DNA from: Candidatus Latescibacterota bacterium | Lineage (GTDB): Bacteria > Latescibacterota > UBA2968 | DNA length: 64,000 bases | Assembly: GCA_965207885.1 (NCBI GenBank) | Contig: OZ242311.1 | Coordinates: 4,960,001-5,024,000, forward strand | Direction of reading: 5' to 3' | Shown: one piece after another, positions 8,471 through 17,667 of the stretch | Numbering within the stretch: the first letter of the stretch is position 1 | Layout of the letters: each line of letters begins with the position of its first letter | The notes under the pieces: model-generated | The model's input: only the letters and a program-made list of their open reading frames with translations | The model's database searches: none | Told to the model about the DNA's origin: nothing | Made by a program: the position numbers and the translations under genes

Positions 8471-11400
8471 AAATCCAACGTATCATTCTCAAGAATCTGA
8501 ACTCTTTACGCGGTGAACACACCATTGATCTGACCGTTGAACCCTTGTCAAACGCAGGTCTGTTTGCAATTACTGGACAAACAGGTTCTGGCAAGTCAAC
8601 ATTGCTCGATGCCATTACCCTTGCTCTTTATGGCCGTGCTGCTCGTTATGGTAACCAGCCCAGTCCTGAAAACATGATGAGTCGCCGTTGTGGGGAGTGC
8701 TCTGCTGCAGTTGAGTTTGAGGTCCCCGATGGCAAGTACACGGCCGTTTGGCAACTAAGACGCGCACGAGGCAAAGCAGAGGGCAGAATCCAGTCTCCAC
8801 AACGTTATATATACGATATAGATGGCACTACGCTCACGCAGAAAGTGCGTGAGTGCGACGAGAAGATTGAGGGACTGATAGGACTTGATTACGACCGTTT
8901 CTTAAGAAGCGTCATGCTCGCGCAGGGTGAGTTTGCGCGGTTCTTAAAATCCAACGCAAATGAACGTGCAGTACTTCTCGAGTGCCTTACGGGAACAGCT
9001 ATCTATTCAGACCTGAGTATCCTTGCTCACCAAGAAGCGATGCGCCGTGAGAATGATCTAAAGCTCAAACAGCAAGTACTCGAACAAATTGAGATTCTTC
9101 AAGATGAAGAGCGCGAAGAAGTCGAAGATCGTATCACCGAGTTAAAAGAAAAAAAACGTGTGCTGGAAGAAGATATCGATAAAAAATCAAAAATTGTTGG
9201 AAAAATTGATGAACTCGAATCGGCAGTAACACAACAGAAAAAAATAACAAATGGTTTGGAAGTTTTGGAAGCAGACCGCCAAGACGCCAAAGCTGAATTA
9301 CAACTCCTCAAAAGACACCGCAAGACAACACCCTTTCGGGATGATCTCATTCACCTCCAAAATGCAGAAAATACGCTACAAACTAATAAAGTAAGAAAAC
9401 AAGCAGCACAAGATAAACGCGACGAAGTATATGAACAATGGCAGCAGGCAAAATTAAATTACTACAGAATCTTGCAAAATAAAATCGCCGAAAAAAAATC
9501 GACAATCCAAGATGCCAAAGCCCGTGCGTGTGAAGCCAATGAAACACTGAAAACAGAAAAAGGGTGGCTGGAAGTCCACCAGATAGATGCCGATCTTTCA
9601 GACCACATCGCAGATCTTGCTGCTAATCTGGCAAATTTGAAATCCAGACGTGAAACGGTCAGGCGAGAATGGGAACAGGTATGTGATACAACATCTGTAT
9701 TGACAGAGATACGCAAATATAGTGGTATAGTTATTAAAAAAATTAATTGGGAACAAGTATCTGACATAACATCGGTATTGACATCTGACGCGATAGAACC
9801 GTGGCTACTTGAAAAGGCAAAAGAAGATGAGTTAAAAACAATCCTCGATAAAATTGTAGAAAAATTTGCAGAAGAACTTGAAAATGCTAAAGATGAGCGA
9901 ACTTCTGCTGAAAAAAATCTCGAACGTTGCAGGGATCATTTACATAAAGCTCAATTAATTGCGGATCACGATACACATCGAGCTTCCCTTAAAGAAGGTG
10001 AACCATGTCCGCTTTGTGGTGCAACTGAGCATCCTTATGCAGAAGGGCAGGAACCGAGTTTTCCATTTGAAGAACTTGAGGCGGAAGTCACCAAAGCAGA
10101 GGAAACGCGTAACGCCAAAAACGAGCGGGTTTTAAAGCTCTATGATGCTCGCAAGAAACTAATCTCTCAACAACCTGTCACTATAAAAGCATGTCAAGAT
10201 CGGACAGAATGCGAAACGGAGCTTCTCGACAGCCTTAGCAGGTTTGGGGTTACATTACCAGAGGCAGGCAAAGAGGAAGAGGCGCAAAAATCTCTTCAAA
10301 ATCGTGAAAAGGCGTATCAAACACATAGGGATAATTGTGATAACGCAGAGGAAGTGGCCAAAAAAGCACAAGAAGATGAAAAAAATGCACAGATCTTGCT
10401 CAAGAAACATATCCTTGCTTTTAAACAACTCAAGGATATTGAAATAGAAGATATTGATGGAGAAGATGAGGTTCCTGAGTGGCTTGGTGTAGAGGAAGCA
10501 GAGAAGGATTGGAAAAATAAAAGGACCAAATTAGAAATTCAAGAAAATGCACTCACAGCTCGCCTACAGGACACAAAAGCCGCGCAAGAATCACTGGAAG
10601 AAATTCGAGAACACCTCATATCGGCTTTGGAAGGATCCGTTTTTCAAGATATAGATGATCTGCGTGCTGCTAAATTGGATCAAGAAGAATCTGACCGTAT
10701 AGAAGAAATCGAAACAGATCTCAACAACAGAAAAAATAAACTAACCACTCAATTACAAATGGTTCAAGGAACTATCAAATCCCTTCGAGAAGACCAAATT
10801 CCAGAAGGAGATAAAGCAGAACAGTTCAAAGCAGAACATAAGAAATTACAAGATGATCGGGATACACTCATCGAAAACCTTATAACTCGGCAAAATCAGA
10901 TTGAAGCAGATGACACAAACCGTAGAACACTCGCCGCTCAGCAGAAAATATTGGAAGAATCAGAAAAAAACTTCGCCATCTGGAACCGTTTGCGTTTGTT
11001 GATCGGCTCTCACGATGGCGCGAAATTTCGCAGATATGCACAAAGTATTTCTCTGGATATACTCATTCGCCACGCCAACCAGCATCTAACCCGATTGAGT
11101 GATCGTTACCGCATTCAGAGGCGTACAGAGGAAGAACTCCAGATCGAAATCGAAGATTTGCACCAGGCAAGCGTCACACGGCCTATGGCCAGCCTTTCTG
11201 GAGGCGAAAGTTTTCTTGCAAGCCTGGCACTTGCGCTCGGACTCTCTGAATTGGCAGGGAGAAATGTCCGTATTGAATCGCTCTTTATCGATGAAGGTTT
11301 TGGCACTCTGGATTCAGAAGTTCTCGACCTCGCCATTGGAGCTCTTGAAGGATTGCATCAGGACAGTAAAAGTGTGGGGGTGATCTCGCATGTCGAACTT

Positions 11401-11481
11401 CTAAAGCAGCGTATCACAACCCAGATCAGAGTTGAAAAACTAACAGCCGGCAATAGCACATTGGAGATCGTTGAGGGTTAA
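8467..11481 (+). CDS. sbcC: Nuclease SbcCD subunit C (Rad50-like SMC ATPase)
   Basis: Walker A GQTGSGKS, zinc hook CPLCG, signature LSGGE, Walker B FIDEGFG, long coiled coils. Confidence 0.95.
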   Translation: MKIQRIILKNLNSLRGEHTIDLTVEPLSNAGLFAITGQTGSGKSTLLDAITLALYGRAARYGNQPSPENMMSRRCGECSAAVEFEVPDGKYTAVWQLRRARGKAEGRIQSPQRYIYDIDGTTLTQKVRECDEKIEGLIGLDYDRFLRSVMLAQGEFARFLKSNANERAVLLECLTGTAIYSDLSILAHQEAMRRENDLKLKQQVLEQIEILQDEEREEVEDRITELKEKKRVLEEDIDKKSKIVGKIDELESAVTQQKKITNGLEVLEADRQDAKAELQLLKRHRKTTPFRDDLIHLQNAENTLQTNKVRKQAAQDKRDEVYEQWQQAKLNYYRILQNKIAEKKSTIQDAKARACEANETLKTEKGWLEVHQIDADLSDHIADLAANLANLKSRRETVRREWEQVCDTTSVLTEIRKYSGIVIKKINWEQVSDITSVLTSDAIEPWLLEKAKEDELKTILDKIVEKFAEELENAKDERTSAEKNLERCRDHLHKAQLIADHDTHRASLKEGEPCPLCGATEHPYAEGQEPSFPFEELEAEVTKAEETRNAKNERVLKLYDARKKLISQQPVTIKACQDRTECETELLDSLSRFGVTLPEAGKEEEAQKSLQNREKAYQTHRDNCDNAEEVAKKAQEDEKNAQILLKKHILAFKQLKDIEIEDIDGEDEVPEWLGVEEAEKDWKNKRTKLEIQENALTARLQDTKAAQESLEEIREHLISALEGSVFQDIDDLRAAKLDQEESDRIEEIETDLNNRKNKLTTQLQMVQGTIKSLREDQIPEGDKAEQFKAEHKKLQDDRDTLIENLITRQNQIEADDTNRRTLAAQQKILEESEKNFAIWNRLRLLIGSHDGAKFRRYAQSISLDILIRHANQHLTRLSDRYRIQRRTEEELQIEIEDLHQASVTRPMASLSGGESFLASLALALGLSELAGRNVRIESLFIDEGFGTLDSEVLDLAIGALEGLHQDSKSVGVISHVELLKQRITTQIRVEKLTAGNSTLEIVEG

Positions 11482-11487
11482 CCTTGT

Positions 11488-11616
11488 TCACAACCTCTTC
11501 TCCCGCAAACCAAACCCCACAATCATCCCCAGGACGGGGAATATCGCAAGCACCATAAATACCTTTTGGTACGCGTTGAGGGTAGCCAGATTCGCATCAA
11601 AGAAAAACTGCAACAA
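11488..11616 (-). repeat. Diverged orphan copy of the 3' end of the MFS gene (matches 12793-12921)
   Basis: Translates LQFFFDANLATLNAYQKVFMVLAIFPVLGMIVGFGLREKRL* vs LQFFFDANLATLDAYQNVFMVLAIFPVLGMVVAFGLREKRG*. Confidence 0.92.
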
Positions 11617-11644
11617 TCACAGGCTTGATACACAAGCCCTAAAT

Positions 11645-11669
11645 ACTCCATCGAAGCGGGGTAACTCCA
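11645..11669 (+). mobile_element. Orphan IS3-family right-end remnant
   Basis: CGGGGTAACTCCA (11657-11669) is identical to the last 13 bp of the IS3 at 6289-6301. Confidence 0.55.
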
Positions 11670-11692
11670 ATTTTTTATCTTTAAAAAAATAA

Positions 11693-11728
11693 GGGCTTAT
11701 GGTACTTCTAAGATAACACCATAAGCCC
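11693..11728. terminator. Hairpin, probable terminator of the minus-strand gene pair
   Basis: GGGCTTATGGT...ACCATAAGCCC inverted repeat followed by a T-rich run on the minus strand. Confidence 0.55.
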
Positions 11729-11767
11729 GAAATTGCGAGCGTTTTACTGCTCATTTAAGCACTAATT

Positions 11768-12460
11768 TTATGATTTCGTCTGAAATAACTCATACAAATC
11801 AGGGTCAAAAATTCGGACGGACACAATTTCAGATATGGGAATCACAACTCGAAAATCTTCTTCTCTTAATTCCTCCTCTACTGGTTGCGTTTCAAGAAAA
11901 TCACGAACCAAAGGAAGATAATCCGTTGTGATTTTCAATTCGAGGGTGTCTTCTTTTCGGTAACCACTGTTTATGGGAAGAACTGCAATATCAGATTCTT
12001 CATGACCTGTCATCCCGCTTTCAAGAATGAAACCAATGTAGGTTTTTCTATTCTTTAACGAAATCTCAGCCAATTCTCCTCTTTCGTTAATTTCCCTAAT
12101 TAGCAATTCAGTTAGATGGCCACTTTCTTTTTCTGCCCGTCTTATCGCTTTTTCTTTTGTATAAAACCAATTGGATACATATGGCAACGCGAAACCCAAT
12201 AATGCACTTAATGATGCTGTGCCGGAGTAATTGGATGGAGCAAAAGACTTCCAAAATTCGCCAAGATAGGGAATAAAAGGATTAAAAAGGAAAACAATCA
12301 AAACCCGTGCAATGAGGACTAAGAAAAGGCCAACAACGGCAGACTTAAATAGGACATGATAGCCCGATTCCCGAAGCAGACTGTAGCGCATGAAGTGAAA
12401 CTTCCTCAGAAACCAGTAACCACCGAGAGTTGGAAGAAAAAGCAACCCAAGACTACCCAC
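11768..12460 (-). CDS. Hypothetical membrane protein (about 3 TM helices plus a soluble C-terminal domain)
   Basis: Hydrophobic N-terminal half; GTG start overlaps the stop of the upstream small ORF. Confidence 0.75.
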   Translation of the reverse strand: MGSLGLLFLPTLGGYWFLRKFHFMRYSLLRESGYHVLFKSAVVGLFLVLIARVLIVFLFNPFIPYLGEFWKSFAPSNYSGTASLSALLGFALPYVSNWFYTKEKAIRRAEKESGHLTELLIREINERGELAEISLKNRKTYIGFILESGMTGHEESDIAVLPINSGYRKEDTLELKITTDYLPLVRDFLETQPVEEELREEDFRVVIPISEIVSVRIFDPDLYELFQTKS

Positions 12461-12632
12461 TCGATTTACCGCCTTCCGATGGCGCATCATCTGACGGCTT
12501 ATTTTTAAATAGACCTTCCATTTTTCTTATTTTTTCCTGAACTTTGGGGTTAGCAAGTAGCTCTTTTGCTTCGACATACTGGCCACCTCCAGATGTTACG
12601 TGTACCGTTAGCTTTTTAGAACGGGTTGCCAT
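12453..12632 (-). CDS. Small protein, 59 aa (not in the ORF track)
   Basis: Strong RBS GGAGGAG; MATRSKKLTVHVTSGGGQYVEAKELLANPKVQEKIRKMEGLFKNKPSDDAPSEGGKSSG*. Confidence 0.65.
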   Translation of the reverse strand: MATRSKKLTVHVTSGGGQYVEAKELLANPKVQEKIRKMEGLFKNKPSDDAPSEGGKSSG

Positions 12633-12792
12633 TTTACTCTCCTCCTTTGGGTGATGTCACCTTGTCATAAGAAACCCTATTTTTTCCATTTGTCAAGCTG
12701 GTTTTAGAAAATGTCATTCCGGCACGAAGCCTGAAATCGCAAGCATTTTTATTACTTTACCTTTCGGCACTATTCTACATAATCCCCGGTGA

Positions 12793-14202
12793 TCACCCCC
12801 TCTTCTCCCGCAACCCAAATGCCACCACCATCCCCAAAACGGGAAATATCGCAAGCACCATAAACACGTTCTGGTACGCGTCGAGGGTAGCCAGATTTGC
12901 GTCGAAGAAAAACTGCAACACCACCCCGACCAGTGCCGTACTGATCGCCATACCCATAAACCGCAACATACTATACAGTCCCGCAGCAGCACCCATCTGG
13001 TCTGAATCGACAGTCCCCATAACCGTACTGTGCAAAGCAGCCAGCATCAACCCTGCTCCAAGCCCGTAGTATGCCAGCAGGCCCGCAATAACCCATGTCG
13101 AAACCGTATCGGACAAATGTGCAAAAGACAGCATCACCGTCAACTGCACAAACATCCCAATCATCACCAGCCACCGACTCTGAAAACGATCGGACATCTG
13201 CCCGCCAAACCGCACAATCAGCGTCATCGCCGCAGAGCTAATAATCAAAAACACGCCCAACAGTGCCGGACCCATGCGGTGAACATCGACCAGATACAGC
13301 GGCATCAAAACTCCAATACCACCCTGCACAAACATCCGCATCGAAGCGCAAAACGTCACCCGGCAAAACATGCGATTGCCAAAAAAATTGAGCGGAAGAA
13401 AAGGATCTCTCCGCCCTCTTTCCCACCACCAGAAACCCGCAAAAAACACTCCCGCACCCAAAAGCAACCGCCAATCCTCAAAAGGGGCAACCCCCGTCAC
13501 AGACCGGCTGGACAGATAAAACATCAGAAACACAATCCCGCCCGACAACAACCCGACCCCACCCCAATCAAACTGCCGCAAAAATTTAGACGCCTCCCCA
13601 ATCACCTGAGAAGGCACCCCCCTGTAAATAGCGACAAAAGTCACAACACTCAGCAAAAGACCCGGCACAAAGGCAGCGCGCCATCCCCAAAGAGCAATGA
13701 GAATACCCGCGACAAACGACGACGAAAAACTCATCGCCGGACCCACCGCACTCCACGTCCCCAGGACGCGCCCGCGCTCTCCCTCACTAAAAATCGACAC
13801 AAGCAACGCCATACCCATCGGCGTCATCCCCCCCACGCCAATACCCTGAATCGCACGCCCAGCCATCAACCAGCGCATATTCGGCGCCAGAAATGTCATC
13901 GCAGAACCAACGCCAAAAATCACAGTCCCCAGCAGAATCAACAGCCGCCGGTCAACGCCATCGCTCAAACGCCCATAAATCGGCATCAAAACGACAAAAG
14001 GCAGCATGAAAGCTGCCAGAACCCACGCCGTCAAATCTGCGGGAATCCCAAAATCATCCCGAATAACCGGCAATGCAACCCGCGACATGCCAGCCACCAT
14101 AGGCATCAGCATAGACGAAAACATCAGGCTAATCAACACGCGCCGGGCCGCCCGAGGAGACAGCGGTTCTGCCTCCTCGGATGCAACTTGTCCCTTAGAC
14201 AA
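12793..14202 (-). CDS. MFS transporter (DHA2-like)
   Basis: YGRLSDGVDRR motif A, GRAIQGIG, many TM helices; start approximate (TTG after GAGG). Confidence 0.9.
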   Translation of the reverse strand: MSKGQVASEEAEPLSPRAARRVLISLMFSSMLMPMVAGMSRVALPVIRDDFGIPADLTAWVLAAFMLPFVVLMPIYGRLSDGVDRRLLILLGTVIFGVGSAMTFLAPNMRWLMAGRAIQGIGVGGMTPMGMALLVSIFSEGERGRVLGTWSAVGPAMSFSSSFVAGILIALWGWRAAFVPGLLLSVVTFVAIYRGVPSQVIGEASKFLRQFDWGGVGLLSGGIVFLMFYLSSRSVTGVAPFEDWRLLLGAGVFFAGFWWWERGRRDPFLPLNFFGNRMFCRVTFCASMRMFVQGGIGVLMPLYLVDVHRMGPALLGVFLIISSAAMTLIVRFGGQMSDRFQSRWLVMIGMFVQLTVMLSFAHLSDTVSTWVIAGLLAYYGLGAGLMLAALHSTVMGTVDSDQMGAAAGLYSMLRFMGMAISTALVGVVLQFFFDANLATLDAYQNVFMVLAIFPVLGMVVAFGLREKRG

Positions 14203-14216
14203 ATGTACCTCGCAAT

Positions 14217-14960
14217 TCAACCAATCTTCATACCACACTCGCGACCGTGTGCTTCGAGCAACGCCTTCCCCGCATCGTAGATCGCCCCAAAGGCATCCAA
14301 ACTAACCATCACATCGCCACTCATGTGCTTCCCCGCCGCACGTACCTTATCACACGCCGCCTCATACGCCGCTATACACTCAGGATGATTCGGCTCTCCG
14401 GGATACCCCATAGACTGCGCAATATCTTGAGGACCACCCGCGAAAAACATAAGCCCATCAACCTGAAGAATCTCATCCAAATTGTCAAAAGCCGTCTTGC
14501 TCTCGAGCTGCGGCACAATAATGGTATTGTCATTTGTAAACTCAAAAATCTTCCGACTATCGCTGGTATCGTTCAAACCATAAGCCACGCGCTGACTCAT
14601 CGCGCTCCGCCGACCCAAAGGCCCGTAAAAACCAAACTGGACAATCCGCTCGGCTTCCTCAGCAGTCTGCAAATTGGGCACCGTAATCATCTGCATGCCC
14701 CGGTCCAGAGCCGTCAAAATAGCCGCCTCGGACTGATCCACAACCCGCATAGTAGGCGTCATACCATAAGCATCGCAAAGGCGACAGACCGTCTCAATAG
14801 TCGGCAGCGTCAACGCGCCGTGCTGCCCATCCAGCGAAATAAAATCCATCCCCATCTTAGCCGCCACTTCGATCACAATTTCTGAAACAAAACTCATCTG
14901 CACGCCAACGGCTTTTTCGCCATTGTGATAACGCTCGAGAATGCGATTTGGTGTAGCCAT
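14217..14960 (-). CDS. HpcH/HpaI aldolase family protein
   Basis: LDGQHG, LDRG, YGPLGRRS, PQLES, GGPQDI motifs. Confidence 0.85.
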   Translation of the reverse strand: MATPNRILERYHNGEKAVGVQMSFVSEIVIEVAAKMGMDFISLDGQHGALTLPTIETVCRLCDAYGMTPTMRVVDQSEAAILTALDRGMQMITVPNLQTAEEAERIVQFGFYGPLGRRSAMSQRVAYGLNDTSDSRKIFEFTNDNTIIVPQLESKTAFDNLDEILQVDGLMFFAGGPQDIAQSMGYPGEPNHPECIAAYEAACDKVRAAGKHMSGDVMVSLDAFGAIYDAGKALLEAHGRECGMKIG

Positions 14961-14994
14961 AAACCCCTCCCTATGTTGTGATTACTAAAAAAAA

Positions 14995-15876
14995 CTAAAC
15001 CCTCGCAAATTTTTGCAACCGCTGCCCCTGTCCCTCCATCCCGATCTCAGCCACATAAATACTACCCTCGTCATCCACGCAAAGCCCGTGCGGCGACTGT
15101 ACAGCACTCTTATCCTCAAAGCGGCAAATCAACTCCCCCTCTGCAGACCACACGCTGATGCGCCCCCCGCCCCCTTGCTCCGCCACATAAATCGTATTGT
15201 CATCCGTAATCCACACATCGCCCGGCATCATCACATCGGTCCACATCTCCATAAACTTGCCATCTGGATCAAAAATCTGAATGCGGCTATTCTCCCGGTC
15301 GCACACCAGAACCCGCCCGGTCTTATCGCACCCGATATTGTGCACCAATGCAAACTGCCCCGGTCCACTCCCCCCTTCGCCCCACACCGCGAGATGCTCG
15401 CCCTCGCGCGAATACTTGTGAACACACCGGCTGCCATACCCATCCGACACGTAAAACGAGTTGCCATCTGGCGCGTAAGCAACACCCGTTGGCATATTGT
15501 ATTCCCTGCGGTGAAACGTCGGACCGGGAACCCCGCGGGTGCCCCATTCGCGTTCCAACTCGCCCAACCGGGTATAGCGCCTGACAATATGCTGATACGA
15601 ATCCGTCAAAAACACCTTATCGTCCGGATCGATAAAAATACCGTGCGACTGACTGATCAAATTTGGCGAAATACCAAAATCGCCATAACCCCACGACGTA
15701 ATAAAATTGCCATCCTTATCAAACACAACCACGGGATGAATCCCGCGCGTAAATGCGTAAATGCGGCCCTGTGAATCCACCGCAGCATCCGACACCTGCG
15801 TAAACACCCACCCCTCGGGCAACTTCGCCCATCCCTCAACTTCCTCGTACCGATAATCGCCTTCTCCGAACAACAT
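14995..15876 (-). CDS. NHL-repeat protein (peptidyl-alpha-hydroxyglycine lyase-like)
   Basis: YVSDGYG, GSGPGQF, VCDRENSRIQIFD, PHGLCVD repeats. Confidence 0.85.
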   Translation of the reverse strand: MLFGEGDYRYEEVEGWAKLPEGWVFTQVSDAAVDSQGRIYAFTRGIHPVVVFDKDGNFITSWGYGDFGISPNLISQSHGIFIDPDDKVFLTDSYQHIVRRYTRLGELEREWGTRGVPGPTFHRREYNMPTGVAYAPDGNSFYVSDGYGSRCVHKYSREGEHLAVWGEGGSGPGQFALVHNIGCDKTGRVLVCDRENSRIQIFDPDGKFMEMWTDVMMPGDVWITDDNTIYVAEQGGGGRISVWSAEGELICRFEDKSAVQSPHGLCVDDEGSIYVAEIGMEGQGQRLQKFARV

Positions 15877-15912
15877 ATTACACCTCCTTGAAAATAAAGA
15901 ACAGACGGTCCC

Positions 15913-17667
15913 CTACTCCTCTTGATACTGCAACTGATAAAGCCGGGCATAGATCCCATTCTGCTTGAGCAGCGTATCGTGGTCGCCTTCCTCGCGGATT
16001 TGCCCGCGGTGCATCACCAGAATATTATCCGCATTTCGAATGGTAGAAAGACGGTGTGCAATCGCAATCGAAGTCCGCGACCGCATCAATTTTGCCACCG
16101 CATCCTGAATCCACATCTCGGTCTCCGTATCCACATTCGCCGTCGCCTCATCCAGAATGAGAATATCCGGTCCAGAAGCCAGCGTGCGCGCAAAAGATAT
16201 CAACTGACGCTGGCCAACCGAAAGCGAACTACCCCGCTCCAGGACCTCGTGCTCATAGGTAGCGGGCAACTTGTCGATAAACCGGTCTGCATTGACATCG
16301 CGCGCGGCTTGCTCGACCTCCTGGCGGCTAATGCGCGGATGTCCCAAACTGATATTGGCCTCAATATCGCCAGCAAAAAGAAAAACATCCTGTTGCACGA
16401 CCCCAATGCGTCTGCGAAGCGCCTCGACATCCCACTCGCGAATATCGACACCATCTACCAGAATCGCACCCCGCTGAATATCGTAGAACCGGCACACCAG
16501 ACTAATCACCGTGCTCTTACCCGCGCCCGTCGCCCCGACCAATGCCAAACTCTGCCCCGGCGCAACGCGAAAAGACACATCGCGCAGCACCCACTCGCCT
16601 TCGTTGTACGCAAACCAGACATTTTGAAACTCGATCTCGCCCTTCAAGTGATCGGCGCTTACACTACCGCCAAGTGATTCTGGCTTTGTATCCAGCAACT
16701 CAAAAATGCGCTCTGAAGACGCCATCGCAACCTGAAGCACGGTAAACCGATCGGCAATATCGCGGAGGGGCATAAAAAACCGCGGAACATATTGCAACAT
16801 CGCCACGAGCACGCCCCACTGAATTTCCCCATCCAGCACCCGCGCGCCGCCATACCACAACACCAGTGCGGACAACAAAACACCGCCCAACTCCATAATC
16901 GGAAAATATACCGCATGGTAAAACGAACTCTTTAGCCGCGCATCCAGATACTCCTTATTCGGATCTTCAAACCGCTTCACACAGCGATCTTCACAACCGA
17001 ATAACTGCACCACCTCCATCCCGGACACAGTCTCCTGCAGCGATGAACTAAATCGCGCGAACAGCGTGCGCGCAACGCGATACGCAAAAAAGGTCTTATT
17101 CTGCAGCCACACGGTTGCGACAAAAGCCACCGGCAATGCGAGACAGATCAACAAGCCGAGCGTGACATCCATATAAAAAATGTATGCGAGAATCGTGATA
17201 ATCGTAAAAATATCGCTAATCATCGACACAATGCCATCGGTAAACAACTCGTTGAGGGCATCCACATCATTTGTATTGCGCGCCATCAAGCGACCCACAG
17301 GCGTGCGGTCGAAAAAACGCATGGGCAACCGCTGCAAATGCATAAAAATCTGCAACCGCACATCGTGCATAGCCCATTGCCCGATCATATTGGTCGTCCA
17401 ACTCTGGCAATACCCCACACCAAATTGCGCGACAAGCAGACCAATATAGAGCATGACCAGATAGGTCAACCCATCCGCATCTCCCGGCACGATATAATCA
17501 TCCACCGCAATCTTGGTCAAATAAGGCCCGGCCTGCCGCACAACCGCTGTGACAATGATGAGCACAAACGTGAGAACAACCCACCACTTGTAGGGCCTGA
17601 GAAAGTTCATCAACCGCGCCATCAAACGCAGATCAAAACCCTTATGACCAATTTCCTCTTCTTCCAT
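15913..17667 (-). CDS. ABC exporter, fused permease/ATPase (heterodimer subunit, degenerate signature)
   Basis: GATGAGKS, LSVGQRQ, ILDEAT. Confidence 0.92.
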   Translation of the reverse strand: MEEEEIGHKGFDLRLMARLMNFLRPYKWWVVLTFVLIIVTAVVRQAGPYLTKIAVDDYIVPGDADGLTYLVMLYIGLLVAQFGVGYCQSWTTNMIGQWAMHDVRLQIFMHLQRLPMRFFDRTPVGRLMARNTNDVDALNELFTDGIVSMISDIFTIITILAYIFYMDVTLGLLICLALPVAFVATVWLQNKTFFAYRVARTLFARFSSSLQETVSGMEVVQLFGCEDRCVKRFEDPNKEYLDARLKSSFYHAVYFPIMELGGVLLSALVLWYGGARVLDGEIQWGVLVAMLQYVPRFFMPLRDIADRFTVLQVAMASSERIFELLDTKPESLGGSVSADHLKGEIEFQNVWFAYNEGEWVLRDVSFRVAPGQSLALVGATGAGKSTVISLVCRFYDIQRGAILVDGVDIREWDVEALRRRIGVVQQDVFLFAGDIEANISLGHPRISRQEVEQAARDVNADRFIDKLPATYEHEVLERGSSLSVGQRQLISFARTLASGPDILILDEATANVDTETEMWIQDAVAKLMRSRTSIAIAHRLSTIRNADNILVMHRGQIREEGDHDTLLKQNGIYARLYQLQYQEE

